NCBI GenBank assembly: GCA_017656185.1
Contig: JACDOK010000001.1
Location: 64,205-128,204 of the forward strand
Length of the DNA: 64,000 nt
Direction of reading: 5' to 3'
From: Peptococcaceae bacterium
Lineage (GTDB): Bacteria; Bacillota; Desulfotomaculia; Desulfotomaculales; JACDOK01
The position numbers and the translations under genes are program-made. This document shows positions 46,968-56,933 of this stretch, piece by piece. Under the pieces are notes generated by a model, which ran no database searches, was not told where the DNA came from, and saw nothing but the letters and a program-made list of their open reading frames with translations. Position 1 is the stretch's first letter. Each line of letters starts with the position of its first letter.

Positions 46968-47747
46968 TCAATGTCCGTCTTCCTCTTCGACATCCGCACG
47001 CCGCTTGGTGTACATATACAGGGCCGTCAATATGGCCGTCCAACCGATGGCAATGTGCGGCGTCCACTTGAGGACACTCCAGGTATACTGCGGGATACCC
47101 TTTGTCGTAATGTCAGTGCGGAAGCCGAGTTTTTCAAACGGGACATCAGACAGGTACAGTACCGAGGTGCCTCCGACTTCTTTCTCCCCGTATACGTGGT
47201 CGATGTATTTGCCGGGATTATTCTTGATGCGCCTCTTGGCTTCGGCCAATAACTCTTCACGATCGCCGAAGATATTGGCACCCGTCGGGCAGGCCGTCGT
47301 GCAGGCCGGCTCCATACCTTCCTGCAGGCGATCGTAGCACATCCGGCATTTGCGTACCAGCGGGAAAGCCTTATCCCACTCGTACTTCGGCACCTGGAAC
47401 GGGCAGGCCAGCATGCAGTAACGGCAGCCAACACACAGGTTTTCTTTGTAAACGACCGGACCTTCCGGTGTCTTTACAAAAGCGTGTACGAAGCACGCCG
47501 ATTCGCAGGCCGGCTCGTTACAGTGCATGCACTGTCTCTTGGCAAAGCGCCACTGCACTTGGTCGCCGTCTTCAAGAAGGTGGAAACCCACCCGGGTCCA
47601 GTTATAAGCGTTCAATTCCGGGGGGTTGGACCAGTCGTTACTGAAAGAGGTTGAGACCGCGGGCAGGTCGTTCCACTGCTTACACGCGGTCTGACATGCC
47701 CGGCAGCCGATACACTTCGTAATATCTATGAGCATTCCTTTACTCAC
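46968..47747 (-). CDS. Formate dehydrogenase 4Fe-4S ferredoxin-type beta subunit (copy 1)
   Basis: Four Cys clusters (CIGCRACQTAC, CMHCNEPACESAC, CVGCRYCMLACP, CRMC...CTTACP) and a C-terminal TM anchor. Confidence 0.85.
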   Translation of the reverse strand: MSKGMLIDITKCIGCRACQTACKQWNDLPAVSTSFSNDWSNPPELNAYNWTRVGFHLLEDGDQVQWRFAKRQCMHCNEPACESACFVHAFVKTPEGPVVYKENLCVGCRYCMLACPFQVPKYEWDKAFPLVRKCRMCYDRLQEGMEPACTTACPTGANIFGDREELLAEAKRRIKNNPGKYIDHVYGEKEVGGTSVLYLSDVPFEKLGFRTDITTKGIPQYTWSVLKWTPHIAIGWTAILTALYMYTKRRADVEEEDGH

Positions 47748-47793
47748 TTATTGCCACCTCCGCTTTAAAAAGTCCGTAGCCATCTCCGGCCGG

Positions 47794-50700
47794 TTATACC
47801 TTCCTGATGTTGCAGAGGAATGCCTTGTACTCTGGAATTTCGGTGTTCGGGTCTCCAAGACTGGGTGTGAGATCGTTAGCCGAAGCACCCGGAGCCAGGC
47901 CCTGGTAACCCCAATGCCACGGCATACCAACAATTTCAACTAATTTACCGTTGATTTCCAGTGGCTTCATAATGGGTGAAACACAAGCTTTGCACTTGAT
48001 CTCACCCCGTGCCGAGGAGACAATAACCTCGTCACCGGGTTTAATGCCCAGTTGATCGGCCAAAGTCTTGGAAATCTCCACGAACATCTCCGGCATTAAC
48101 TCGACGAGGTACGGGCAGTTTCTTGTCAGCGCCCCGCTCTGGTAGTGCTCGATCAAACGGTGCGTCGTGGCGACATACGGGAATTCAGGACTGCCCTCCT
48201 TCGCCACTTTGGCAAAATCTCCCGAGCGGAATTTCACCAACGGGTTATACTGCCGTCCCGACATAAGGTTCACCGTCGGACTTTCCACCGGTTCATAGTG
48301 TTCGGGGAACGGCATATCCTTCAACCCGTTGGCAAACAACCGGCCATGTCCCTCAGGAAGCATAATGAAAGGCGCCTTCGCTGTTTCTTCCGGTGGTTTA
48401 GCCGCTGCAAAGTCAGGTACGTCATTCATTTCCCATTCTGTTCCCGTCCACCTGAATACCGGAGTTTCGGGATCCCAAGGCTTGCCGCTCGGGTCACACG
48501 AACACCGGTTATAGATAATACGCCGGTTAAGAGGCCAAGCGAATGACCAGCCGAGGTGGCTGCCGATACCCTCCGTTTCGCGTTCACGGGATTGACAGGC
48601 CGGGATACTCTGATCCTTAGCGTACTTGTTGGGAGCCCAGTATCCCGTATAAATCCACATACCGCAGGCAGTCGACCCGTCGTCTTTGAGCTGGCCGAAG
48701 CTGGACAACACCTGACCGTCCGCCACGTTATAGCCGTTCAACTCAATGGCGACTTTTTCGATATCGGGCTCGTCATGACCCGGTTTATCGTAATCCCACT
48801 TCATCTTCAGAATGGGATCGGGGAATACGCCGCCTTTCTCGTACTCTTTCCGGATAGCCTTGAACAGCCTGTCAGCGATCCAGAGATCGCTCTTGGCATC
48901 GCCCAGCGGCTCAATGGCTTTCCAGCGCCATTGGATCCAGCGGCCGCTGTTGGTGACGGTACCCTCTTTTTCGTACGGCCCGCAGGCCGGCAGGAAAAAT
49001 ACCTCGGTACCAATGGTCTTCGGGTCAACACCGGGAGCCTTCCAGAAAGCTGCCGTCTCAGTCTCCACCAGGTCGATGGCCACCAGCCAATCCAAATTCT
49101 CCAGCGCCTTCCGCTCAAAGTGGGATGACGGGCCACCCACAACCGGGTTCTGGCCCCAGGCGAAAAAGCCCTTAATCTCACCCTTGGCCATATGCTCAAA
49201 GGCATCCATGTGAGAGTGTTCACCAGCCGGTAATTTGGGTAAGTAATCATAGCAGAAGTCGTTTTCGGGCGTCGCTGCATCGCCCCAGAAGGCTTTCAGC
49301 AGGCTAATGAGGAACTTGGGCTTGTTCTTCCAGTAGCCGCTCGCCGGAGTGGCCTTATCAATGTAATCCTTCAGCGTGGGATGAGTAGCGGCCCTGGGCA
49401 TCCCGAGATATCCCGGTAGAATATGATACATCATCGCCAAGTCGGTGGAACCCTGCACGTTGGACTCACCGCGCTGGGCATTTACACCACCGCCGGCCAG
49501 GCCGATATTACCCAGCAGTAGCTGGAGCATGGCGAGCGAACGCACGTTGTTGGCCCCCACCGTATGCTGGGTAAGACCCATGGCGTATACCACAGTGCCT
49601 ACCTTGCCGGGTATTCCGGTAGCACAGTACGTCTCGCAGATTTTCAGGTACAGATCTTCCGGGACACCCGTGATCCGGGAAACGGTCTTGGGATCATAAC
49701 GGGACACGTGTTTTTTCAAGAGCTGGAAGACACAGTTGGGATCCTGCAGTGTCAGGTCCCGTTTTACTTGGCCGTTTTCATCCTTCTGGTACTGCCAGGA
49801 GGACTTGTCATAGCCCTTTTCACTGAAACCGGAAAATACCCCGTCGTTATCTCCGGGGAGCTTGAAGGACGGATCGATCAAATAGGAAGCATTGGTGTAA
49901 TTAACCACGTACTCGTGGTGATAGAGGTTATTTTGGATGGCATAATTCATCATACCCAGGAGGAAAGCAATATCGGTACCCGGTCTGTGGCGAGCGAAAA
50001 GATCCGCCTGGGCCGCAGTCTTGGTAAACCTGGGATCGACTACAATCAACTTGGCACCGTGATGTTCCCTGGCCCTGGTGATCCACTTAAAGGCCATCGG
50101 GTGGTTCTCCGCCGGGTTAGCACCAATGACTAGAAAAGCATCGGCGTGCTGGTAGTCAATCCAGTGATTGGTCATAGCTCCTCTACCGAATGTATTGGCC
50201 AGACCGGCCACGGTAGTGGAGTGTCAGAGACGGGCGTGGTGATCAATATGATAAAGCCCTAACGCCCGGCAGAGCTTATGCATCAAGTAGTTTTCCTCGT
50301 TGTCAATCGACGCGCTGCCGAGCTCGAAGATTGCCGGGGTACGGTTGACGGTAACGCCGTTTTCATCAACGGTTTCAAAAGTGGCATCACGCGTCTTTTT
50401 CACCCTTTTAGCAATCTCAGCGAGTGCCCAGTCCCAGTCTTTTTCCTCCCAGTGGTCGGAATGCGGTGCCCGGTAAAGAACCTTGGTCATCCTCTGTTTG
50501 CTGGGAACACGATTTCTTTTCCGGTTGACAACATAGGTCAGATCGGAAACCGACATTCCTTTCGGACAAAGAGCCCCTTCGTTGATCGGGTGGTCCGGGT
50601 CCCCTTGAATGTTGATGACCTTGCCGTCCCGGGTGTGAACAAGTAAACCGCAACCACAGGCACAGAAAGGACAGATACTCGCGGTTTCTTCGGCGTACTG

Positions 50701-50832
50701 AAGTTTGAACGGTCCCAGCTTAATGGGAGACTCTGATGCTTCAGCCGGTATGCCCGCAGCATCTAATAATGAAACCCCGGCTGCGCCCAGTCCGAGAGCT
50801 TTGAGAAATTCCCGCCTACTAAGTTTCCTCAT
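47794..50832 (-). CDS. fdhA: Selenocysteine-containing formate dehydrogenase catalytic (molybdopterin) subunit, Tat-exported
   Basis: The two ORF-track pieces (50224..50832 and 47794..50211) are in one frame, joined by an in-frame TGA at 50226-50224, reading HHARL-U-HSTTVAGLANTFGRGAMTNHW (the conserved Sec site). Twin-arginine signal SRREFLK. N-terminal CxxCxxC Fe-S motif. Confidence 0.9.
50183..50216 (-). promoter_or_regulatory. SECIS-like hairpin 7 nt downstream of the UGA
   Basis: Lower stem CTACCG (50216-50211) pairs with CGGTAG (50188-50183). Upper stem GGCC/GGCC with apical loop GGTCT. Confidence 0.6.
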
Positions 50833-51112
50833 GTTGCTTTACTGACCCCCTTTGTACAATATTCCGTTCATCACCAGCTTAACTAGCTACCTAACCGCTA
50901 ATTTCCCTCCTTTCTTTTTTTGATGCAGAAGACCGCCTATAATCCTTATGATCTCTTAAACTTTCCTATGCGTTTAAAAAAACTCATACCGAAAGCATGT
51001 TTAAAACGTTCGTTTAATGCTTAACTAATTTTTCTACCTAAGAGGGAAATTCCCTTTCAAGATTAATATAAAATTTTTAAATAATAATAAAATTGTTTAT
51101 CTTTCTATTTAC

Positions 51113-51145
51113 TAAAATAAAAAGGGGCGGAAATTAATCCGCCCC
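51113..51145 (-). terminator. Intrinsic terminator after fdh operon copy 2
   Basis: Minus strand reads GGGGCGGA-TTAATT-TCCGCCCC followed by TTTTTATTTT. Homologous to the copy-1 terminator. Confidence 0.7.
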
Positions 51146-51162
51146 TTGGTTCACTCCGGTTG

Positions 51163-52365
51163 TTAAGCCTGAACCGGTGTACCTCCGCCGGCAACGGCAC
51201 GCGCCTTTTCTTTCTTGAGTTTGGCCTTATAGGCTTCCTGGTCTTCGTGGAAGATATTGAAATTCTCAACCACGAAGCAGTATACCAGGATACCGGCTGA
51301 GATCAAGCCAATGGTAAGCGACCATTCCATCCAGGACGGGAAGTAGTGCCCGCCGGCGGCATCCGCCATACCGGTAAACACGACGTTCATCCTGTTGAAG
51401 ACGACGCCGACAACCACCAGAATCGAGGTGGTTACCAAGCCGCCCACCGAGTTGCGCACACTCGGAATCAGGAACAGCACGAGCGGCAGCAGGATAAAGC
51501 CCAGTATTTCCACAAGGAACATGTTCGCTTCGAAGGAACCGTTGAAGACGTATCCCCACGCGTCGCGATAAGTCAGGTCGATGCACTTCAGGACGAAGTA
51601 GAAGGCCAAAAGCCACGCCGTTACTTTCCACAAGCTGGTCAGCACCGGCATTTCGGCCTGGAAGTTGCGGCCGTAAGCCTTTGAAGCCAGCCAGCCTTCA
51701 AAGGTTACCATCGCCGGGCCCACAAAGACCGCCGAGGTCAGGAAGAAGACCGGAATAATCATCGACCACCAGGTCGGGTAAAGCCGGTCCACGGTGATGA
51801 TGTACAGGGAACCCAGCGAGGACTGGTGCAAGGTGGGCAGCATTACGCCGATGATAAACAGCCCCGGAAGCATCCAGTCAAACAGTTTCTTGAGCGGTTC
51901 ACTCTTGATACGTTCAAACAAGATATGCCCAAACTCGAGCACCTGGACAGTGGTGTACAACGACACACACCAGAAGACTTCAAACAACACCGAATGGTGA
52001 CCCCAGTAGAAGAACGGGCGCCAGAAGTTGTACCAGCGACCGATATCGAAGAACAGCCCGCCCATCACCAGCAGGTAACCGATCAGCGAGGTAAGAAGGG
52101 CGGCACGGGCAATACTGTGGTACTTCTTCTTGTGCAGAATGTGGATGATAAAGCACGTACTAAAACCACCGCCGGCCAGGGCAACGCCGGTCAGAACGTC
52201 AAACCCAATCCACAGACCCCAGGGCCATTCGTCGTTAAGGTTAGTGGCGGCCCCGAGCCCGAACAACAGACGGTAAGTAGCCACACCTACCATCAACAAA
52301 GTCAGGGCGATTAGCACAACCCTATACGGGGTCATCCGGAAAGTCCATCTTGTATACTGATCCAT
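51163..52365 (-). CDS. NrfD/PsrC-family membrane subunit (copy 2)
   Basis: The protein is identical to copy 1 except for two residues near the C-terminus (AVADGGAPVQA versus AVAGGGTPVQA). The DNA is essentially identical over most of the gene. Confidence 0.8.
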   Translation of the reverse strand: MDQYTRWTFRMTPYRVVLIALTLLMVGVATYRLLFGLGAATNLNDEWPWGLWIGFDVLTGVALAGGGFSTCFIIHILHKKKYHSIARAALLTSLIGYLLVMGGLFFDIGRWYNFWRPFFYWGHHSVLFEVFWCVSLYTTVQVLEFGHILFERIKSEPLKKLFDWMLPGLFIIGVMLPTLHQSSLGSLYIITVDRLYPTWWSMIIPVFFLTSAVFVGPAMVTFEGWLASKAYGRNFQAEMPVLTSLWKVTAWLLAFYFVLKCIDLTYRDAWGYVFNGSFEANMFLVEILGFILLPLVLFLIPSVRNSVGGLVTTSILVVVGVVFNRMNVVFTGMADAAGGHYFPSWMEWSLTIGLISAGILVYCFVVENFNIFHEDQEAYKAKLKKEKARAVAGGGTPVQA

Positions 52366-52403
52366 ACAGGTGTACCTCCTTTTACCTTAATCTTCCGTAC
52401 GGT

Positions 52404-53183
52404 TTAATGTTCATCTTCCTCGTCGGCGTCCACACGCCGCTTGGTGTACATATACAGGGCCGTCAATACAGCCGTCCAGCCAATGGCAATGTGTGGCGTC
52501 CACTTGAGGACACTCCAGGTATACTGCGGGATACCCCTGGTAGTGACGTCCGTACGGAAGCCGAGTTCCTCGAACGGGATATCAGACAGGTACAGTACCG
52601 AGGTACCTCCGACCTCTTTCTCCCCGTATACGTGGTCGATGTATTTGTCGGGATTATTCTTGATGCGATTCTTGGCTTCGGCCAGCAATTCGTCACGATC
52701 GCCGAAGATATTGGCACCCGTCGGGCAGGCCGTCGTGCAGGCCGGCTCCATACCTTCCTGCAGGCGATCGTAGCACATCCGGCATTTGCGTACCAGCGGG
52801 AAAGCCTTATCCCACTCGTACTTCGGCACCTGGAACGGGCAGGCCAGCATGCAGTAACGGCAGCCAACACACAGGTTTTCTTTGTAAACGACCGGACCTT
52901 CCGGTGTCTTTACAAAAGCGTGTACGAAGCACGCCGATTCGCAGGCCGGCTCGTTACAGTGCATGCACTGTCTCTTGGCAAAGCGCCACTGCACTTTACC
53001 GTTTATTTCAACCTTATGGAAACCCACCCGGGTCCAGTTGTAGGCATCCGTTTCAAGGGAATCGAATGTGCCCTCTTGGGAAGGTGTCGGGAGCACGGGC
53101 AGGTCGTTCCACTGCTTACAGGCGTTCTGACATGCCCGGCAGCCGATACACTTCGTAATATCTATGAGCATCCCTTTACTCAC
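52404..53183 (-). CDS. 4Fe-4S ferredoxin-type beta subunit (copy 2)
   Basis: Same length and Cys clusters as copy 1. Central part identical, residues ~20-60 strongly diverged. Confidence 0.8.
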   Translation of the reverse strand: MSKGMLIDITKCIGCRACQNACKQWNDLPVLPTPSQEGTFDSLETDAYNWTRVGFHKVEINGKVQWRFAKRQCMHCNEPACESACFVHAFVKTPEGPVVYKENLCVGCRYCMLACPFQVPKYEWDKAFPLVRKCRMCYDRLQEGMEPACTTACPTGANIFGDRDELLAEAKNRIKNNPDKYIDHVYGEKEVGGTSVLYLSDIPFEELGFRTDVTTRGIPQYTWSVLKWTPHIAIGWTAVLTALYMYTKRRVDADEEDEH

Positions 53184-53220
53184 TTAATTGCCACCTCCGC
53201 TTTAAAAAGTCCGTAGCAGG

Positions 53221-53731
53221 CTACGGCACGTGGCGCCCGGAAGCAGCCCCTGGCAACCCCCGAACCAGGACAACCCGGTAAGTCATACCACCCGGCTTGT
53301 CCCTTATGTTTCCAGTGGCTCCTGAATGGGCGAAGCAACCCTTACGCTTGTTATCTCCCTGTCGTTCCGAAACCGGCAAGCTGAACAGCACCGTGCTGTT
53401 CGCATTGACTATTTGGCTAGCTAAAAAATGTTTCCGACATCCGGATTCACCGTGAACCCGTTTGCCACTAACTTCATTATCCCCCGGAACCGGAAGAAAC
53501 AGCGTTCCCGTACGATTAGGAGTCCCCATCCTCGCGATGTTTACCGGCAGTATCAGGCGATGTAATACCTGTTTCGGACAATGTCTCTTCGGCATACTTA
53601 ATTTTAATGGTTCCTATCTTAACGGACGGCAGCTTGCTGCCAGCCGGCACCTCAGCGGCATTTAGCAAGGAGATCTTCTCCGTACCAAAACCAAGAGCCT
53701 TTAGAAAGTCACGCCTGCTGAGTTTTTTCAT
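53221..53731 (-). pseudogene. Decayed remnant of a second formate dehydrogenase catalytic subunit gene
   Basis: 53731-53516 encodes MKKLSRRDFLKALGFG...KIKYAEET, homologous to the Tat signal and first ~45 aa of FdhA, then loses the Cys cluster and stops. 53221-53430 retains a frame homologous to the FdhA C-terminus (VSERQGDNKRKGC... versus VSSARGEIKCKAC...). About 0.5 kb remains where the intact gene is 3.0 kb. Confidence 0.75.
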
Positions 53732-53967
53732 CGCTCTTTTTTTGCCCCCCTATAATTAACCTTCGTTGCATATTTTAACTGGCTGTCCGGCTGGCCATCC
53801 CTCCTTTCATGTCCAGGTAATAACCACCTACTGCATATTGGATAACCCATTTATGACCAGGGTCAATACCTTGTTTGCTCCAGTTACGGCCACAGGTTGT
53901 GCATGTAACATTAATGCATATATAGTACGTTAATTCGTTTCCGATTGCCCAATATCCTTCAAACAAT

Positions 53968-54471
53968 TTAATTATCCTGGTTCTCTAACCGGGTGGCATG
54001 ATCGCCGAGGGCTGCCCAGGTCAATTCAACGGCATCCCCGGCGGTTGCGACTTCCCGATACCCAGACAACAATCTATCTTGAACCGGTTTCAGGCGCCAC
54101 GTGTGCAGCCCCACTACAGGCTTTCCCATTTTTAAAGCCAGGCCTATTTCCGATAAAGTACCATATCCCCCGCTTACGGCAATCAAGGCGTCACAAGCCC
54201 GGGCAATAACGGCGTTACGCGCCTCCCCCAAACCGGTGGCGATACTGAAACTCAAATAAGGATTTCCTTCACTCCTGTCCCTTCCCGGCAGGATACCTAT
54301 GACCACACCACCAGCCTCACGGGCTCCCCGGGCGGCGGCTTCCATAACACCCCCGCGCCCTCCACAAATAAGGACGGCCCCGCGGGCGGCTATACCACGC
54401 CCTACTTCATAAGCTACGCGGGCAATTTCCTCTGAACATTCCGCCGCTCCAATGACGCCGATGTAATACAT
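53968..54471 (-). CDS. TIGR00725-like (LOG/SLOG Rossmann-fold) protein
   Basis: MYYIGVIGAAECSEE...LICGGRGGVMEAAARGA...GILPG...GGYGTLSE is the pattern of this family. Confidence 0.7.
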   Translation of the reverse strand: MYYIGVIGAAECSEEIARVAYEVGRGIAARGAVLICGGRGGVMEAAARGAREAGGVVIGILPGRDRSEGNPYLSFSIATGLGEARNAVIARACDALIAVSGGYGTLSEIGLALKMGKPVVGLHTWRLKPVQDRLLSGYREVATAGDAVELTWAALGDHATRLENQDN

Positions 54472-54583
54472 GAAACCACCCTCACAATGGAATATCCAGT
54501 AGAATATACAATGTCATTAGGCCTTCGGCCCTGTAATTAAAAATCTATAAATCCTTTGGATCCTGTTAATCCTGTCTTTTAAA

Positions 54584-54610
54584 TAAAAAACCGGGGTGGG
54601 AAACCCCGGT
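54584..54610 (-). terminator. Intrinsic terminator after rex
   Basis: Minus strand reads CCGGGG-TTTCCCA-CCCCGG followed by TTTTTTATTT. Confidence 0.7.
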
Positions 54611-54611
54611 A

Positions 54612-55259
54612 TTATAATACCGACTGTAAATCCCTGAAAACCAGGTTAAAGGTTAAAATCTCAAGCTTGACAGCCAGGTCCACATTACGTACCACCACAT
54701 GTTCCGGTACATCCAAAACTACCGGTCCAAACGTCAGCAGTGCTTCCACGCCGGCATCCACCAGTATGCTGGCGATATTTTGTACAGCACCTATGGGCAC
54801 GGCAATAATTCCGATTTTAACGTCGTGCTCCGCCACAACCGCCGGTATTTTTTCCAAAGGCATAACTTCAAGATCCTGGATCCGTTTGCCGATTTTAAGA
54901 AGGTCGTTATCAAAAACACCAACAATCTTGAAGCCCCTATCGGCAAAACCTTTATAGGCAGTCAAGGCCGTACCCAGGTTACCGGCTCCTACCAGCACTA
55001 CCGGCCAGGACTTGGTCAGACCTAAGATTTTTAAAATATAGTGAATTAAATCCTTAACGTTATACCCTACACCACGCGTGCCAAACTCACCGAAATAAGC
55101 CAAGTCTTTTCGAACCTGAGCGGGGCTTACTCCCACACCTCTTGCTATTTCCCCGGAGGATACCGTAATGACACCCTTCTTATCCAAACGCTCTAAAAAG
55201 CGTGAATATATCGACAACCGCTGAACCGTAGCCTCGGGTATCTTCAAAGCCTTCACCAT
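54612..55259 (-). CDS. rex: Redox-sensing transcriptional repressor Rex
   Basis: [19 protein letters not shown]...[36 protein letters not shown] plus a Rossmann GAGNLG. Confidence 0.9.
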   Translation of the reverse strand: MVKALKIPEATVQRLSIYSRFLERLDKKGVITVSSGEIARGVGVSPAQVRKDLAYFGEFGTRGVGYNVKDLIHYILKILGLTKSWPVVLVGAGNLGTALTAYKGFADRGFKIVGVFDNDLLKIGKRIQDLEVMPLEKIPAVVAEHDVKIGIIAVPIGAVQNIASILVDAGVEALLTFGPVVLDVPEHVVVRNVDLAVKLEILTFNLVFRDLQSVL

Positions 55260-55335
55260 ATAGCCCCCTTTAATATGTCAAACCAAACAATAAATCCCAA
55301 TGATTGTTCTTCTTTGCACATTGGACACATTTATG

Positions 55336-55364
55336 ATTATACCTGTTGATTTATACAAAATCAA
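55336..55364 (-). promoter_or_regulatory. Sigma-70-type promoter candidate for rex (TTGATT-17 nt-TATAAT)
   Basis: -35 at 55364-55359 (overlapping the rpe stop) and -10 at 55341-55336. The -35 lies within the inverted repeat TTGATTT-TGTAT-AAATCAA. Confidence 0.5.
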
Positions 55365-56047
55365 CGCTCTTTGTGACTTAAACTGTTATTTATGATATAA
55401 GCTGCCCTTTTCAAGGTTGCTAAAGCTTCTTTAGGGTTTTCGCTCCGGTAAATTGCCGACCCGGCTACAACGACATTGGCCCCCGCTCGTACCACTTCCG
55501 ATACCGTCTCGGGGTTTATGCCGCCGTCCACTTCGATATCAACTTCAAGTTCTTCTTGGATCAATAAACTGCGGAGCGCCTTTATCTTGGGAACTATTTC
55601 CTTTATGAAACGCTGGCCTCCAAAACCCGGGTTGACGGTCATTATCAATACCTGATCCACCAGCGGCAAGACATATTCAATAACGCTCAAGGGCGTAGCC
55701 GGGTTTAAAGCCACACCCGGTTTAACCCCACGTTCTTTGATAAACCGCAGGGTACGGTCGAGGTGAAGCGTCGCTTCGGCATGTACGGTCAGAATATCGG
55801 CGCCGGCCTCAATAAAGGAGGTCAGGTACCGGTCCGGGTTGTTAATCATAAGATGAACATCAAAAACCATTTTGCTGTGAGGACGCAGCGCCGCTACCAC
55901 CGGTGGTCCGATCGTAATATTGGGTACAAAATGACCGTCCATAACGTCAATGTGAAGGTAATCCGCCCCGGCTTCCTCGACCATCACCACATCACGCCGC
56001 AGGTAGGCAAAATCAGCCGACAGAATGGATGGTGCGATTTTAATCAC
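55361..56047 (-). CDS. rpe: Ribulose-phosphate 3-epimerase
   Basis: IAPSILSADF...HIDVMDGHFVPN...VDGGI motifs. Confidence 0.9.
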   Translation of the reverse strand: MIKIAPSILSADFAYLRRDVVMVEEAGADYLHIDVMDGHFVPNITIGPPVVAALRPHSKMVFDVHLMINNPDRYLTSFIEAGADILTVHAEATLHLDRTLRFIKERGVKPGVALNPATPLSVIEYVLPLVDQVLIMTVNPGFGGQRFIKEIVPKIKALRSLLIQEELEVDIEVDGGINPETVSEVVRAGANVVVAGSAIYRSENPKEALATLKRAAYIINNSLSHKER

Positions 56048-56930
56048 GCTTGAAGCTCCTTTCCACTGCCGTTAGCTCGTCCAAGAAAAGTAAGTAGTTC
56101 TGGTAACGATGGTCCGCAATGATCCCCTTGGAGACATCCTCCTTGACAGCACAGTCGGGTTCCTTATAGTGAAGGCAGCCGCTGAAACGACACAAGTGCC
56201 GCCTCACTTCCATTTCAGGAAAATATGCATCAAGCTCCTGGGATGGTATGGGAGGGAACTTCAAACTTGAAAACCCGGGGGCATCCGCCACCCAACCATC
56301 CTCCGATACCTGAAACAATTCTACATGACGGGTAACGTGGCGTCCTCTTTTAAGTTTGCGGCTGATGGTTCCCGTCTTAAGCCCCAACCCGGGTATCAGG
56401 GAATTTAGAAGGCTGGACTTTCCCACGCCGGAAGGGCCGGCCAGGACCGTTATGTGACCTGCCAACACCCGGCGTAAATTATCGATACCCTGCCCCGATA
56501 CCGCACTGGTCATTAACACCTGATAACCGGCATGCCGGTAAACATTTGGCCAGTCAGGCACGGCTTCATCGTCTCTTAATAAATCTGTTTTATTTACGCA
56601 CAATACCGCCGTCAGCTTTTCATAACTACAAAGTACCAGAATGCGATCCAGCAAGGTTAAAACGGGACTGGGCTGTTTCCATGCCAAAACAACAAGTACC
56701 TGGTCTACGTTGGCTATCGGGGGTCTTATCAATTGACTTCGACGGGGCAGCACCTCTTCCACTACGTACTGCCCTGAAGCAAGTGCGGCAAACCGCACCC
56801 GGTCGCCGACCAGGATTTCTCCCTGGCGCCTTAATTTGCCGCGCAGGGCGCATTCTCTTATGCGGTTTGCTTCCTGCTCCTGAACATAACCGTAGCCTCC
56901 GTAGGCCTTAACCACTATCCCTACAGGCAT
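56040..56930 (-). CDS. rsgA: Ribosome small subunit-dependent GTPase A
   Basis: Circularly permuted GTPase (NKTDL ... GPSGVGKSSL) with a C-terminal zinc cluster (CRFSGCLHYKEPDC). Confidence 0.9.
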   Translation of the reverse strand: MPVGIVVKAYGGYGYVQEQEANRIRECALRGKLRRQGEILVGDRVRFAALASGQYVVEEVLPRRSQLIRPPIANVDQVLVVLAWKQPSPVLTLLDRILVLCSYEKLTAVLCVNKTDLLRDDEAVPDWPNVYRHAGYQVLMTSAVSGQGIDNLRRVLAGHITVLAGPSGVGKSSLLNSLIPGLGLKTGTISRKLKRGRHVTRHVELFQVSEDGWVADAPGFSSLKFPPIPSQELDAYFPEMEVRRHLCRFSGCLHYKEPDCAVKEDVSKGIIADHRYQNYLLFLDELTAVERSFKRD

Positions 56931-56933
56931 CTG

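Noticed and set aside
53775-53966. 63-aa ORF (TTG start) immediately downstream of the TIGR00725-like gene
   Set aside because: It has no RBS, an unusual start codon and no recognisable family. It could be real, but the sequence alone does not support it.
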